This document shows positions 25,804 through 37,500 of a stretch of 64,000 nt of DNA, in pieces. Under the pieces are notes generated by a model. That model was not told the origin of the DNA. It was given only the letters and a program-made list of their open reading frames with translations, and searched no databases. The DNA lies in the NCBI RefSeq assembly GCF_006345805.1, contig NC_043003.1:71486001-71550000 (forward strand), given 5' to 3'. The first letter of the stretch is position 1; each line of letters starts with the position of its first letter. The position numbers and the translations under genes were made by a program. The stretch is from Octopus sinensis. Lineage: Eukaryota.

Positions 25804-26210
25804 GGCGCAGGAGTGGCTGTGTGGTAAGTAGCTTGTTTACCAGCCACATAGTTCCGGGTTCAGTCCCACCGCGTGGCACCGTGGGCAAGTGTCTTCCACT
25901 ATAGCCTCGGGCTGACCAAAGCCTTGTGAGTGGATTTGGTAGACGGAAACTGAAAGAAGCCCGTCGTATATATGTATATATATATGTGCGTGTGTGTGTT
26001 CGTGTGTCTGTGTTTGTCCCCCTAGCGTTGCTTGAGAACCGATGCTGGTGTGTTTATGTCCCCGTTACTTAGCGGTTCGGCAAAAGAGACCAATAGAATA
26101 GGTACTGGGCTTACAAAAGAATAAGTCCTGGGGTCGAGTTGCTCGATTAAAGGCAGTGCTCCAGCATGGCTGCAGTCAAATGGCTGAAACAAGTAAAAGA
26201 GTAAAAAGAG
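25804..26210 (+). mobile_element. Full-length OK/OR-type tRNA-SINE inserted in PLE 2
   Basis: tggctgtgtggtaag A-box, gggttcagtccc B-box, internal (TA/TG)n, tail aagtaaaagag; flanked by tata. Confidence 0.9.
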
Positions 26211-27179
26211 TATATGGTTAATTATTCCGTATGGGGCTCAAGTGATGACTAATATTATTAAGGAGACACTTAAAATTGTAAAAATGGTTTTTAAAAAGGA
26301 CAACATCCATAGAGTGGGATACTCAACACCGAGAAATGTAGGTAATATCATTTCCTCTATAAATAACCAGAAATTAAATAATTATTATAATAGCATAATA
26401 AAAAATAGCTCTAGCAATAATATAACCGATAGTGATAGAAGTCTTAATCAGCGTATAGAAAAATGTTCATGTTGTGATAAGATTAAATGCAAGACCTCTA
26501 ATAGTTGTAATATTAATAATGTAATTTATAAATATATAGTAAGCTCCAAGAACGATAATAATAAAATTATAAATAAGGCTTATATATTGGATCAACAACT
26601 AATGAAATTAAAGAAAGAATATCCCAACACTACCAGACCTTCAAAAATCCTAATTTAAGTGAGTCCACGGACTTAAGTAAATATATATTGGAATTAAAAT
26701 CTAGAAAAAGAGAGTACACCTTAATTGAAGTATAATAGGTAGAGCAAACTCCTATAATATTGGGAATAAAATGTGTTTATTATGCATAACAGAATTTAAG
26801 AAACTACTACAGTCTAGATGAATGATTAAACACATAAGATGAACATGTAGTTAAATGTAGGCACCAAAGTAATTTTACCTTCAATAAAATGAAATACTGA
26901 ACCCGCACCCCTGAATCAAATATCCACATAATTTTATTTCTACAGCACTTGAATAGACTATATAAATAAATAAATAAAATAAATAAATGAATTAAATATC
27001 ACGAAAAATATATAACAAATTATATATATATCCCAACATAGGTAAATTGAAGATAACAATAAATTTAAACTATGCATAGTGTAATTACCCTGCTTGATAA
27101 TAATTACCAATAAATTCCCATAGTTCCTTGCTATCTTCTTCCTCTAATCACCATTTTAAAAACTAATCCTGGTTTCACA

Positions 27180-27420
27180 AACAACTGAAATCACTAAAAA
27201 AGATCTTCACAAAGGCAAAATTATTTTCTAAAATAATGGACGTAAAAGTGAAAAAATGTGGTCAACTAAATTGTGAAACATGCCCAAACCTTCTAGAATG
27301 ATCTGAATACCTTTTCAAAGAGGGACAAAAATTCAAAATCAAATCTGATTTTACTTGTGCTTCAGAAAACCTTATTTATGTTATAAGATGCTTGGGTTGC
27401 TACCAAAACTACACCAGGTC
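27180..27420 (+). mobile_element. Neptune-like PLE linker/GIY-YIG fragment
   Basis: Reads KSLKKIFTKAKL...KKCGQLNCETC...FTCASENLIYVIRCLGC; homologous to 53570-53820. Confidence 0.75.
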
Positions 27421-27803
27421 CATGGGATTATCTGTCTAGCGGCTTTTCTTTCTACAAAATGGTAAGTTACATTGCAGAACAGACATTTTAACGAGTTGTA
27501 TTTATTTATCATCCTACGAGATACAACTGCACCACTGGATGCTCCTGAACCAGTTGTTGAGTGTCTCACCCATGAGGAATCGATGCTAGATGTGCTGAAA
27601 CAATTGTTGTAATTAATAATAAATTTGTGTATATTCCATCTCCTGTCTTTCATTTGCCATATACCTAATGATCATTGTGAAAGTGACTGTGCTTTACCAG
27701 TAAGCTACCAGGTGTAAACCATTTGTTTTATTATATATCTGTATATATATATATATATGTATGTGTATATATATGTAAATATATGTGTATATGTGTGTGA
27801 GTA

Positions 27804-28340
27804 TACTAGCAGAAATACCCGGAATTGCTTGGGATTAAAATGGCAGTATTAGTTATGCTGAATCAGGTGATACAGGGATGTGCAGCATTGACGACAAAAC
27901 ATTTGTGGAGTTAATAATGGCTTAATTCAACTAAATGACATGTCATGCATCCATTTGGAGTATTTCATGCCCTAACCTGTCATGGAAAATTAGGGGTAGG
28001 GGGTATGTGATTTTTGAATGCACTGCAAAGCTGTTGGTAGATATACTCTCATTTGCAGCAGTCAGTGCTGTGTCTAACACAACCCATAGTCTGAAGTTTT
28101 GACACCTTCTTCAGGTTTGTTGTCTTACATCCCTCATAAAGTAACTTTGGAAGAACTGTGGTTGTGCTTTCGTGGGTAACAGGGAAGTAATGAGGTGATA
28201 AATTTGCCTTTGAACTTTGAATATCAGCATAAAGAAATAGCCAGATGGAGAAAATATCTTCATTCATATAGAAGATCAAAAATAAAATCACAGATGGCTA
28301 AAAGAGAAATGAACACACTGGATTTCATTTATTATACTTG
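27804..28340 (+). mobile_element. Helentron/HINE-like non-autonomous element
   Basis: Starts tactagcagaaatacccggaattgcttggg, a Helitron-family terminus pattern with a short hairpin; assigned from recall. Confidence 0.45.
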
Positions 28341-28404
28341 TCTAACGTCTCAGGTTCAACACTTCTATGGGGTCTATGTGTTTCCTAACAAAAATGTAAC
28401 TATA

Positions 28405-28628
28405 TATATATGCATGCATTTGTGTGTCTGTGTTTATCCCTCCACCGTTGCATGACAACTGACGTTGGTGTGTTTCTATCCCTGTAACTTAGCAGTTTGG
28501 CAAGGGAACTGATAGAATAGGTACTATGCTTAAAACAAATAAGTCCCGGGGTTGATTTGCTTGACTGGAGGTGGTGCTCTAGCATGGCCACAGTCAAATG
28601 ACTGAAACAAGTAAAAGAATAAAAGAAT
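28405..28628 (+). mobile_element. OK/OR-type SINE, 3' half
   Basis: Matches 26000-26210. Confidence 0.85.
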
Positions 28629-28643
28629 ATATATATATATATG

Positions 28644-28936
28644 TGGAGGCACAATGGCCTAGTGTTAGGGCAGCGGACTCGCGGTCGCAGGATCGCGGTT
28701 TCGATTCCCAGACCGGGCGTTGTGAGTGTTTATTGAGCGAAAACACCTAAAAGCTCCACGAGGCTCCGGCAGAGGGTGGTGATCCCTGCAGTACTCTTTC
28801 ACCACTCTTTCTTCTGTTGGCCTGCTTGCTTAGCCAGCGGGGTGGCGTCATTCGAAGGCTAAAACAATGCGAACGCATTGTGACCAGCGATGTGTAACAA
28901 CATCTGATGGTCTGGTCGGTCACGTGATCACGTGAT
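28644..28936 (+). mobile_element. tRNA(Arg)-like SINE (OR-type), young and CpG-rich
   Basis: tggcctagtgttagggcagcggactcgcgg...ggtttcgattccc head; tail cacgtgatcacgtgat; inserted in (TA)n. Confidence 0.85.
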
Positions 28937-29599
28937 ATATATATATATATAAAACCTTGCCTCACAAAGTGGAAAACAGAAAATGTTCAGATAAGCAATT
29001 TTTGCTTCCGACTTAGTACACATCTAAACCTCATTTTACAATGCAAATTATAATTACTATTATTATTCATTAATTTATCAATGTACATACACAGTTTCAT
29101 TTATTCCATGCCATATGTTATAGTAAACTTAAGAAGCCCTATGGTCATTTCAATTCTCTCTCACTTTAAAGCTCATTATAATAATTATTATTGTTATTCA
29201 TTAATTTATTTATCTATTTTTGTCACAGTTTGGCTAACTCCATATTGTAGGTTATAGTTACAGCTATAGTTGAGGTTAAGAAAGCAAATATTTGATTCTC
29301 TTTCACTCTATAGCGCTCCTTATAATCATTATTGTTATTCATTTAGTGGCATGTTATTGCATAGTTAAGATATCCAATTGTTCAATTCTTTCTTTAGAGA
29401 AAGAATTTACTCTTTCTCTAAATCTCGAAAATTCCATTTCTTCATGTTTTGCTTTCAACCAGCCCTAATTCTGAAAAAAATTTCACTTCTCTCTCCCTCT
29501 CTCTCTATTTTGTTAACCACTTGCTTTTCCCATGGTGATTGTTAATTAGTAGTTCGTTTTGTCTGTGGCTATGCCACATTGGCTTCTGCTGGGGAATAG

Positions 29600-29802
29600 G
29601 TCAGCAACAGACACATACCCCTCCCCACACACACACATATGACAGACATCTTTCAGTTTCTGTCCACCAAATCCACTCACAAGGCTTTGGTCAGCCTGAG
29701 GCTATAGTAGAAGACACTTGCCAAATGCGCCATGCAGTGGGACTGAACTCGGAACTATGTGGTTGGGAAGCAAGCTTCTTACCACACAGCCACTCCTGTG
29801 CC
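29600..29802 (-). mobile_element. OK/OR-type SINE, 5' half
   Basis: Reverse complement of 25804-25970. Confidence 0.85.
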
Positions 29803-30036
29803 TATATATATATATAAAATGGAGATGCACTTGCATAGCAAGTGGCATGATCTGATATGTGCTGAAACAAAAGCTACCTGCTACCATACAACTTTACAAA
29901 GGACTGTACATACACAGGTAATAACCAGGAGCACCTTTGGATTTAATTATCCCTTAGAGGTTTTAGACTCCTCTAACTGATACCTATATACATATATATA
30001 TATACCTATATATATATATATATATATATATTTATA

Positions 30037-30160
30037 AAAGTACAAAATGGAACAAGAATGCAAAATATCCAGAAGACGATACAAAAAACACGGACGGGTC
30101 ATTCGAAGCCTTTAATCTTCAGTCAAGAACCAGATCATCCTCGCAATTTTGGCTGATTCC
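30037..30160. repeat. Unclassified interspersed repeat; longer relative at ~56757-57200
   Basis: acaaaatggaacaagaatgcaa...gacgggtcattc resembles acaaaattgggacaaaaatgcaa...gacaggtcatt; both start at a (TA)n tract. Confidence 0.55.
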
Positions 30161-33100
30161 CATACATATATACACACATATATATATTCTCCATTTCTTC
30201 CACCAGAGAAAAATAAAGTTTTCATAAAGACAACAATAAAGTGTAAAAATAAACCTACAGTATTCAAAGTATACAACAACTGAAGAAACTAGCTTATTTG
30301 ATGTTCTCAGGAAAAACACATACTAGAATATTTTTGAACGTGTATAGAGAATTTAATGACATATAAAGAGATTTGATTGACAGTTAGGTTTATATGCTAT
30401 ATTTTACATTTTAGCGAATGCTTTATGTAATTGACAGATGTTAACACCTCTGTCTTTATATACATTATAAACTATGTTTATACTGATTCTATAAACTGTC
30501 TATTGATTTTGGTTGCTTCATATTTTGTTTCTTCTTACTTGGTTCCCTTCTAAGCAGAGTGATAATAAAACTGAAATAGTTACAGATAGTAGATAAACAG
30601 ACAAGATGCAACATAGTAATTTCACAATTTTTCAAATTCAAGTTAGGAATTTTACCAAGATAAAAGAATTTCATTGTACTTCAAGAAAGTCAGATTTTAG
30701 TGTTCCAAGCAAAGGTTGTTCAAGTTTTCAAAAATGATCAAAAAGAGAGTAATGATTAACAAGTAATCTCATATATTTACTCTCAAAGAAAACCTTCCAT
30801 TTTTATGTCAAAATTATGTTTCTATCAGTTAAATCTTTGATAATCATTATTCCTGGATGTATATATTCTGCCAGTGTTCCTAGTCCTAATCTAGTCTGGT
30901 GCAATGTAGTTATCCTGAAATAAGACAATCTGATGACAACCAGAAATCAAAGCCTTGGTAACTTAGTAGAAAAGTAAATACTGAAAACATTTTTTATCTC
31001 TAGCAATAAAATTAACAGAGCAATAAATGGACCCACAGTAACAAGAGTATCTAGCTACAAAAGTAGTTAGTGCCCTACGTGCAGGTTGCCCCTTCCTACA
31101 TGTAGAAAAATGTTTGTAAAACAGTAAAAAAATAAACTGTATTTAAAAAAATAATTAGGCAGATTTAATCATACTATTTATGACTTTGTGATGATTCTGT
31201 GTCAGGTGAAAAATATATCACAAATATAACAATTGGGAAAGAGCCAAAGTCTTGTCATGAAAATCTGGAAGACTTTAATAACAGATAAGGTAGATTAGAC
31301 AAGCCAAATCTTGTAGAAATTACCTTAAACTTGTCAGCTGGCATTAATATAGATATTCTATCATAGGATGGTAATCAGTGTTAAATCTGCTAACAGAGCA
31401 GTTAATGATGACATTACAAATAGTGTTAATATTGATTCTCACATAGGTTACATGGTCAGAAATGTGTGAAGGAGGAAAAGTGTATTGATTTAATGCTATT
31501 CCTCTACAAGCCAACTATTGTATCAATGTGTGAAAAGTTTATCTCAACAGAACTCAAAGTGAAAGCTAGGAGGTGAATCTCTATGTTCTAAGACATCAAT
31601 TAGTACTGGCCTTATTAAGGACCAAAAGGTTGGCTGACAATTACAAGATTTGAAATGAGAACAAGATGGGACGAAAGCAAATTTTCTAAAGTATTTAGAG
31701 AAGGTAGTTTTAAGATTAGGCTTACATTGTCTCTGATCTCAGTCTACTTCTATAGAAATGTTATGTGAATGAAGTAGAAACAATCTAAGGATAACAGACT
31801 AGAGAAATGATATATTACAGTACGTAGTCCTGCTCTTATTGGTTTAATAGTCAAATCTAGATGTGGTTGACATGTCATTCCATTTCTCATAAGTAAGTAA
31901 AATAAGTACCAGTATATTTTAAGGTTGATCAAATCCTCAATTACCCATCTGGCTTTGTAGAAAACTGAAAAATAAATATATGTATGCCACTAAATGGCAA
32001 GAGCAGTATAGTGCTTATTTTATTATCCTAATTTCAAATACTATCAAAATTCACTATTTAACGCTTCATTCTTCTGGACTATATATAAAAACTAACATTC
32101 TAAAATTAAAAAAAAAAAGGCTTTAATATTCTCCCAAATATTTGTCTGTCTCCTTGTGCCAAGGTTAAAAATCAGCAAATATAGTAAAAAGTGGGTTGGG
32201 GAATGAAGACAATTATAGAATATGTAAAAAAGCAAAGTTTTATGAAATATTCTATAATTGCGCCAAATTATTGATCAGTTCTTGTGGCACCATTTAAAAT
32301 AAATGAAAATATTCACAAATTTATAATCCTGTTATTATTACAAAATCAAATAATAAATTTCACTAAATTTAATAATCTAGTAATTTGAAATGAATACAGT
32401 AATGAGGAAAGTGTTAATGGTTTTAACAAGCAACAACAGAGATGCAATAAAATGTAAAAGTACACTTAATGGTAACAGTGGAATTTCTCAGAGGTATGTA
32501 ATGCATCTTGTGTGCATGTTTTCTTCAAATGGTGTTTATGAATAAGTTTTCAACACAAAAAAGTGTGAGGGAGATAAGGTTTTTTTTTTTTTTACCAGTA
32601 AATGAAATTAATAATATAAATCCAAGAGTAAAATACTAAAATTTATCGCATACAATCGTTTTTTTAAAAATTCTTTTACAAGCTGGAATTTTCTCTGAAA
32701 GAAATGAAGGAAAGTGTCTATCTTTTAATAGTTCAAACAGAGAGGAAAAAGAAATAGATAGATAGAGAGAGAGAGAGAGATCCCCAAAACTTTTAGCTCT
32801 AAGGAAAATTAAAGTGAGAATCTAAAACTGTTTATACTCATAAAATCCTGTTGTTTGTTCGGTAAAACTAGAGATTTTGATAAAATGCAAATAATCCATT
32901 ATAAAAGCTATCAAAATATAACTATCACATGAATTTTAATGAAATTTTCTGACATGACAAAATGATCATTTGAATGTGGTTTTTACCCATTGTTTTTAAT
33001 TTTTACCTGTTGTCATTTCACTTTGGTAGGTAAAAGAACATTCATCAATCAATGTAGGTTGAATACAGTAAAGTTGATTATATATAAGGATTTTTCTTCA

Positions 33101-33394
33101 CATATATTAACAAAACATCAATTCTTGAGCAGTGATTTTCCAAAAATAAATGCTAAGGGGAGTAAAAAATTATCTGCACTTTTACCAAGACTTTCTTTAA
33201 ATTGGCTACACTGCCTTCAGTACTCACATGCTATTGTGGTTACATATCTGAGGTTTGACCCTGACCACTCCAATTTTCTTTATTTTTTTTGTTACAGAGT
33301 AAACATGACCACTCGGTTCCAGTGTTTCTACTTTCCTGCATTGGCATTTATCACTGAAAAACTTAGCTCTGGTTTAAATTCACGAACAGAAAAA

Positions 33395-33560
33395 TAAATA
33401 CATTATTTACATTATTTATATTTGACAGATATTTGTCCTCATCTTGTTTATTGTTAAAACAACGTTTCGGCTGATATACTCTCCAGCATTCATCAGGTGT
33501 CTTGGGGAAATTTCGAACCTGGGTTCTCATTCCTAAGGTATTTTTGATGTTATTATTATA
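33395..33560 (-). mobile_element. Solo PLE pLTR/retrozyme-like unit carrying a hammerhead (33456-33501)
   Basis: Minus strand: gacac-CTGATGA-atgctggagagtatatcagcc-GAAAC-GTT-gtttt. Confidence 0.75.
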
Positions 33561-33671
33561 ACACAAAAATATACTATCCACTCCAGTTATGAAGAAAAGA
33601 GAGAAAACCAATAAACTGTCCACAGTCTGTCTACCCTATGTGAAAGGCCTTTCCGGAAAGATACAAAAGAT

Positions 33672-33887
33672 ATGTGTGTGTGTATATGTTTGTGTGTCTG
33701 TGTTTGTCCCCCAACATCGCTTGACAACTGATGCTGATGTGTTTACGTCCCCATAACTTAGCAGTTCGGCAAAAGGGACCGATAGAATAAGTACTAGGCT
33801 TACAAAGAATAAGTCCTGGGGTCGATTTGCTCAATGAAATGCGGTGCCCAGGATGGCTGCAGTCAAATTACTGAAACAAGTAAAAGT
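33672..33887 (+). mobile_element. OK/OR-type SINE, 3' half
   Basis: Matches 26000-26200. Confidence 0.85.
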
Positions 33888-33906
33888 ATATTGATATATA
33901 TACATG

Positions 33907-33937
<31 letters not shown>

Positions 33938-34639
33938 ATGGGTGGTGGTGCCCCAGCATGGCCGTGGCCTTCGGGCTAAAACATTTTTAAGGATTTATAT
34001 ATATATGTGTATGTATATCATCTGCCAAATATGGGTTCGGCATCCTCTTTCTCTCTCTTACTTTCAATCAGAATATTAATACCTCAGTCAATATTTAGAT
34101 TAAATTCTATGGCTGTGTAAATATGGCAATTAATTTCAACAGAAAATTATGTAACACATCATACACCAATTGAAAGAATTAGTTCTATAATAAGAATATG
34201 TGTTTGCCCTTGTCCTAAAACAATTTCAAATTCAGAAAGAACATGTAAATCTGGAGATTATAATCCTAAAGTTATTTTTAATCAATGTTGAAAATATATC
34301 CTCTATGCTTTGCAAAGAGGTGTACATTTGCAATAAGAAGTCAGTACATGTATAAGAAAGAATTAATTATTAAATGTGTATGCAAATCTGACAGCAACTG
34401 TCACAGACACAACTATGTACAAGATCAATAGCTATTTACTTTATAAGTATTTCATTTTGTAGCTCATAATGAGCAACTTGGAAGATTTATTATTTCTGAT
34501 GGAAGTTTTCAGCAGAAGAAATAATATGAAAATATCAATAAAACATGTAAAGACTAATGGCCAATAAAGTTTGGTGAACTGATTATATTGTTTGAAACAA
34601 TAGAGAGGTGTAGGGTAAAATTGATAGTGCTGGAGAAAC

Positions 34640-35020
34640 AAAAATGGTTTTGTGAAGTGTAGTTACATCCTTTTATGTTTGAAGTCAAAAATTCAACTGA
34701 GTTCAACTTTGCCTTTCATCCTTCCAGAATCAATAAAATAAGTCTCAATGAAGTATTAGATTTTCTCTAATTGATTGTATTCCCCTCCCTTTTCTCTATG
34801 TTAGAAATTTCAGGGGGAAGGTAGATCATCATTTAAATACCTTGTAATATTTTTCAGTTGTATACTGTTATGTTATGAGTTCAGATCTCACTAATGTCTG
34901 TTAACAGAATGACTTTCATTTGGTTTTGAGTTTATAAAACGAGTTCCAGTAATTACTGTGGTATATTCAGTTGATGATGCCCCAACTTCCTAAAATGCGT
35001 GGCCTTGCATGTTAGAAATC
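34640..35020 (+). mobile_element. Two degenerate Nin-domain SINE copies
   Basis: actttgcctttcatccttcc...caataaaataagt, followed by a second weaker copy. Confidence 0.55.
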
Positions 35021-35149
35021 ATTAGAGATGTTATGGAAATAGAGCTGGAGAAATGACAGTGTGCACATAGTGAATTTTATTGTGGTACCAGAAAAGACTA
35101 AAAGATCCTCTTGCTTTTACATTCACTCTGCTCATTTATCAATGTTTGG

Positions 35150-35275
35150 TATAGCAGTATTACCAATAACTGCTACAAGGCAAAAGTGATGCCTTAGAGA
35201 GAGGAAATTATAGAGGAATCAAACTACTTGATCAGGTTATGAAAGTTACAGAGAGTTATAGCACAACTGATTTGT
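35150..35275 (+). mobile_element. RTE RT fragment
   Basis: Reads NCYK..DALERGNYRGIKLLDQVMKVTE. Confidence 0.75.
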
Positions 35276-35848
35276 GACAAAGCAGACCTCACTAAGAAGA
35301 TTGTATCCATGATGCTTCTTCCATGCATTTGTATTTCAATTTGTTAGTTTTTGAAAATTTTGTACTACTTTTTAACTATTGTTTTCAGCAGTGAACTATA
35401 CTAAAAGGTTTCATGCTTTTAAGCCATTTCTGAAACTTAGCATAGTAATATTTTAAACTGTACTTTGTCATCAAGACAGCTGCAATGTTCATGTCTATTA
35501 TTTTAGTTTTAGTATCAAATTCAAAATCTACAACTGTAAAATATTTGAATGGGATATTGTATTACTATGTGTGTTGAATTATTTTCCTCATCTTAGATTT
35601 ACTGCTGATATTCTCGCTATTGTCTTTAGGTGGATACAATTATTTTAATCACTTCAATTGTTTTCAGCTGATATAGTTATATTAAGAGTAAAGTTACAGA
35701 AATGGTTTAAAACATGAAATCCATCTTTGTATACTTCACTATTGTAAGGAGTAACTGCCACACAGAATGGTTAGATAAATTTTCTAAGGGGCAGATAACA
35801 TTAGGAAGTACATATTAAAAAATATGTCCACGGGTTTGTTCTAATTTA

Positions 35849-37133
35849 CAGAGTGGGGAAAGCAAAACTTGGAAAATAATAGATAATTCACCAAATTGTT
35901 TATATTACAACAACCAACAACCTGACATAAACATAATTTTAACACAAGTATATAGGGGTATAAAGAGACAATTTATTCAATATGCTTGCCTTCATTGTCC
36001 ACCACAGCCGTCACATGCTGCCTGAAGGCGACACAACTCTTCATGATGAAATACTCAGACATGTTGTCCCACTCTTCCCTCAGGATTTGCTTAATATGAT
36101 CAAGACTTGAATGTGAAGTTCTGTTGGTAGAGTGCTCCAATTTGCCCCATATGGCATAACCCAGGGAGTTCAAGTCTGGGCTGGAAGAAAGCTAGAAGTA
36201 GGCAGGTCAAAAGTTGGTGAAGTTGTCTTTGAAGAATTTCTGCACTTTCTTCACCATATGAGCAGGAGAACCATCTTGATTTCACACATAATCACCGTTG
36301 GGGTAGTTATACTTCAGCCAAGCAAAACCTTATACCACAGGACTTTATAACAAGCATCAGCTCCCACCTTTCCTCAGATTTGAAAAAATGGAGAGGCATC
36401 TTTTTACTGTCAGACGCCACAACTCCCAGTATCATGACTTGAGAGGGAGGCTTGTCCTAAAGACACACTTTTATTTCAGAAGGTGACTTAGCAATGTATT
36501 GTATCAATCATTGTGACGTTTTAAAACAGCATCAACAATGAAGATATTTCATCTGAAAAGATTTTGATGGTTTGTCCATTGTGCTTCAGGTATTGCAACA
36601 CATTTTTGGCTCTTTCATGCCTTTTGGCTTTCATTGCATGAGTCAATAGGTGTCTCAGATCCTCATGTATGACCACAAATGTAGATCAGTGTGTACAGCA
36701 TTTCTGATGGTCTTTGGATCAACTTTCATTTCCATGGACAGTTTTCTCATGGATGTTGTTGGGTCTTTCAAAATTTTGGCTTTGAGAAATTTAAGAAACA
36801 CATTATCCTGTTTTTTTTTTCTCTCCACTTCCTTGCTTCCTCTTGATGCCTCTAATATCCAGCATTCGGTTCTTAACGTTATAGACAGTGCTCACAGGGG
36901 CCCCAACTGTCTGAGTAATACATCTAATTGCAACCCTGGCACAAAGCAAATCTGCAATGCATTGTCTCTTGACTTCTTAAATGGACATGTTAGATCATAT
37001 GACTAGAACTTCTGCTTAAATTAACTCTATATACCTCCACCCTGATATAGAAAACAATATTTTAGTATTTACACTCAGGAATATATGAAAAATAAGGTTT
37101 CCAAAATATTCCAAATTTTACTTCTCCACTCTG
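35849..37133 (-). mobile_element. Tc1/mariner maT (DD37D) transposon, full length but decayed
   Basis: TIRs cagagtggggaaagcaaaacttggaa and ttccaaattttacttctccactctg, both flanked by TA; IFSDE; QDGSPAH...SPDLNSLG with 37 residues between the second D and the third catalytic position. Confidence 0.85.
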
Positions 37134-37349
37134 TAGATGTTGGTAATTTTATATGATAATCAATGGGATTCTTTATAAAGCCTCAGAGGCTACTGGTAGC
37201 AAAGTAGGAAGTTATTCTGAGACAGGATACCCAACTTGGATGTTCACAACTGAATGGACGCTACTAAAGGCATCCAATGGTCAGGTAGTGATATTAAACT
37301 GGCTGACAGATTAAATCCACCAGCCAAGAATAGAAACACTTACTTCAGA

Positions 37350-37500
37350 CAACTTCCAAAATGTTTCTGTCAAGCAAATTCCATTCACAAGGTTAAGGTC
37401 AACTCAAAAGCTATGGTACATAACACTGGCCCCAGACACCATGCAGTAGGATTGAACCTGAAATCATGTGGTTGTGAGCTTAACCACAACCATGCCTGCT
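37350..37500 (-). mobile_element. Degenerate OK/OR-type SINE head
   Basis: aaattccattcacaagg...ggattgaacctg...taaccacaaccatgcctgc. Confidence 0.65.

Larger units (their letters stand above)
24679..26990 (+). mobile_element. Penelope-like element 2 (Hydra-clade-like), with an upstream inverted pLTR and interrupted by a SINE
   Basis: GLYREDLL (25117, cf. GLYRDDGL), VNYLDINLNL, SNHPRS, IWLIIPYG, CSCCDKIKC...VIYKY, CLLCITE, CRHQ...KY* ending at 26900. Confidence 0.8.

Noticed and set aside
25804-25880. tRNA gene (also at 28644 and 12053)
   Set aside because: The tRNA-like heads continue into SINE bodies present in multiple copies.
27555-27610. Hammerhead-like catgagga...gaaacaattgt after the Neptune fragment
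   Set aside because: The core and stems are too degenerate to call.
30090-30125. CTGAAGA/CTGATGA on the minus strand in the unclassified repeat (also 56865-56895)
   Set aside because: There is no stem II pairing and no GAAA in register.
32990-33397. 135-aa ORF containing a strong acceptor-like site at ~33297
   Set aside because: It has no recognisable domain, low-information composition and no convincing donor.
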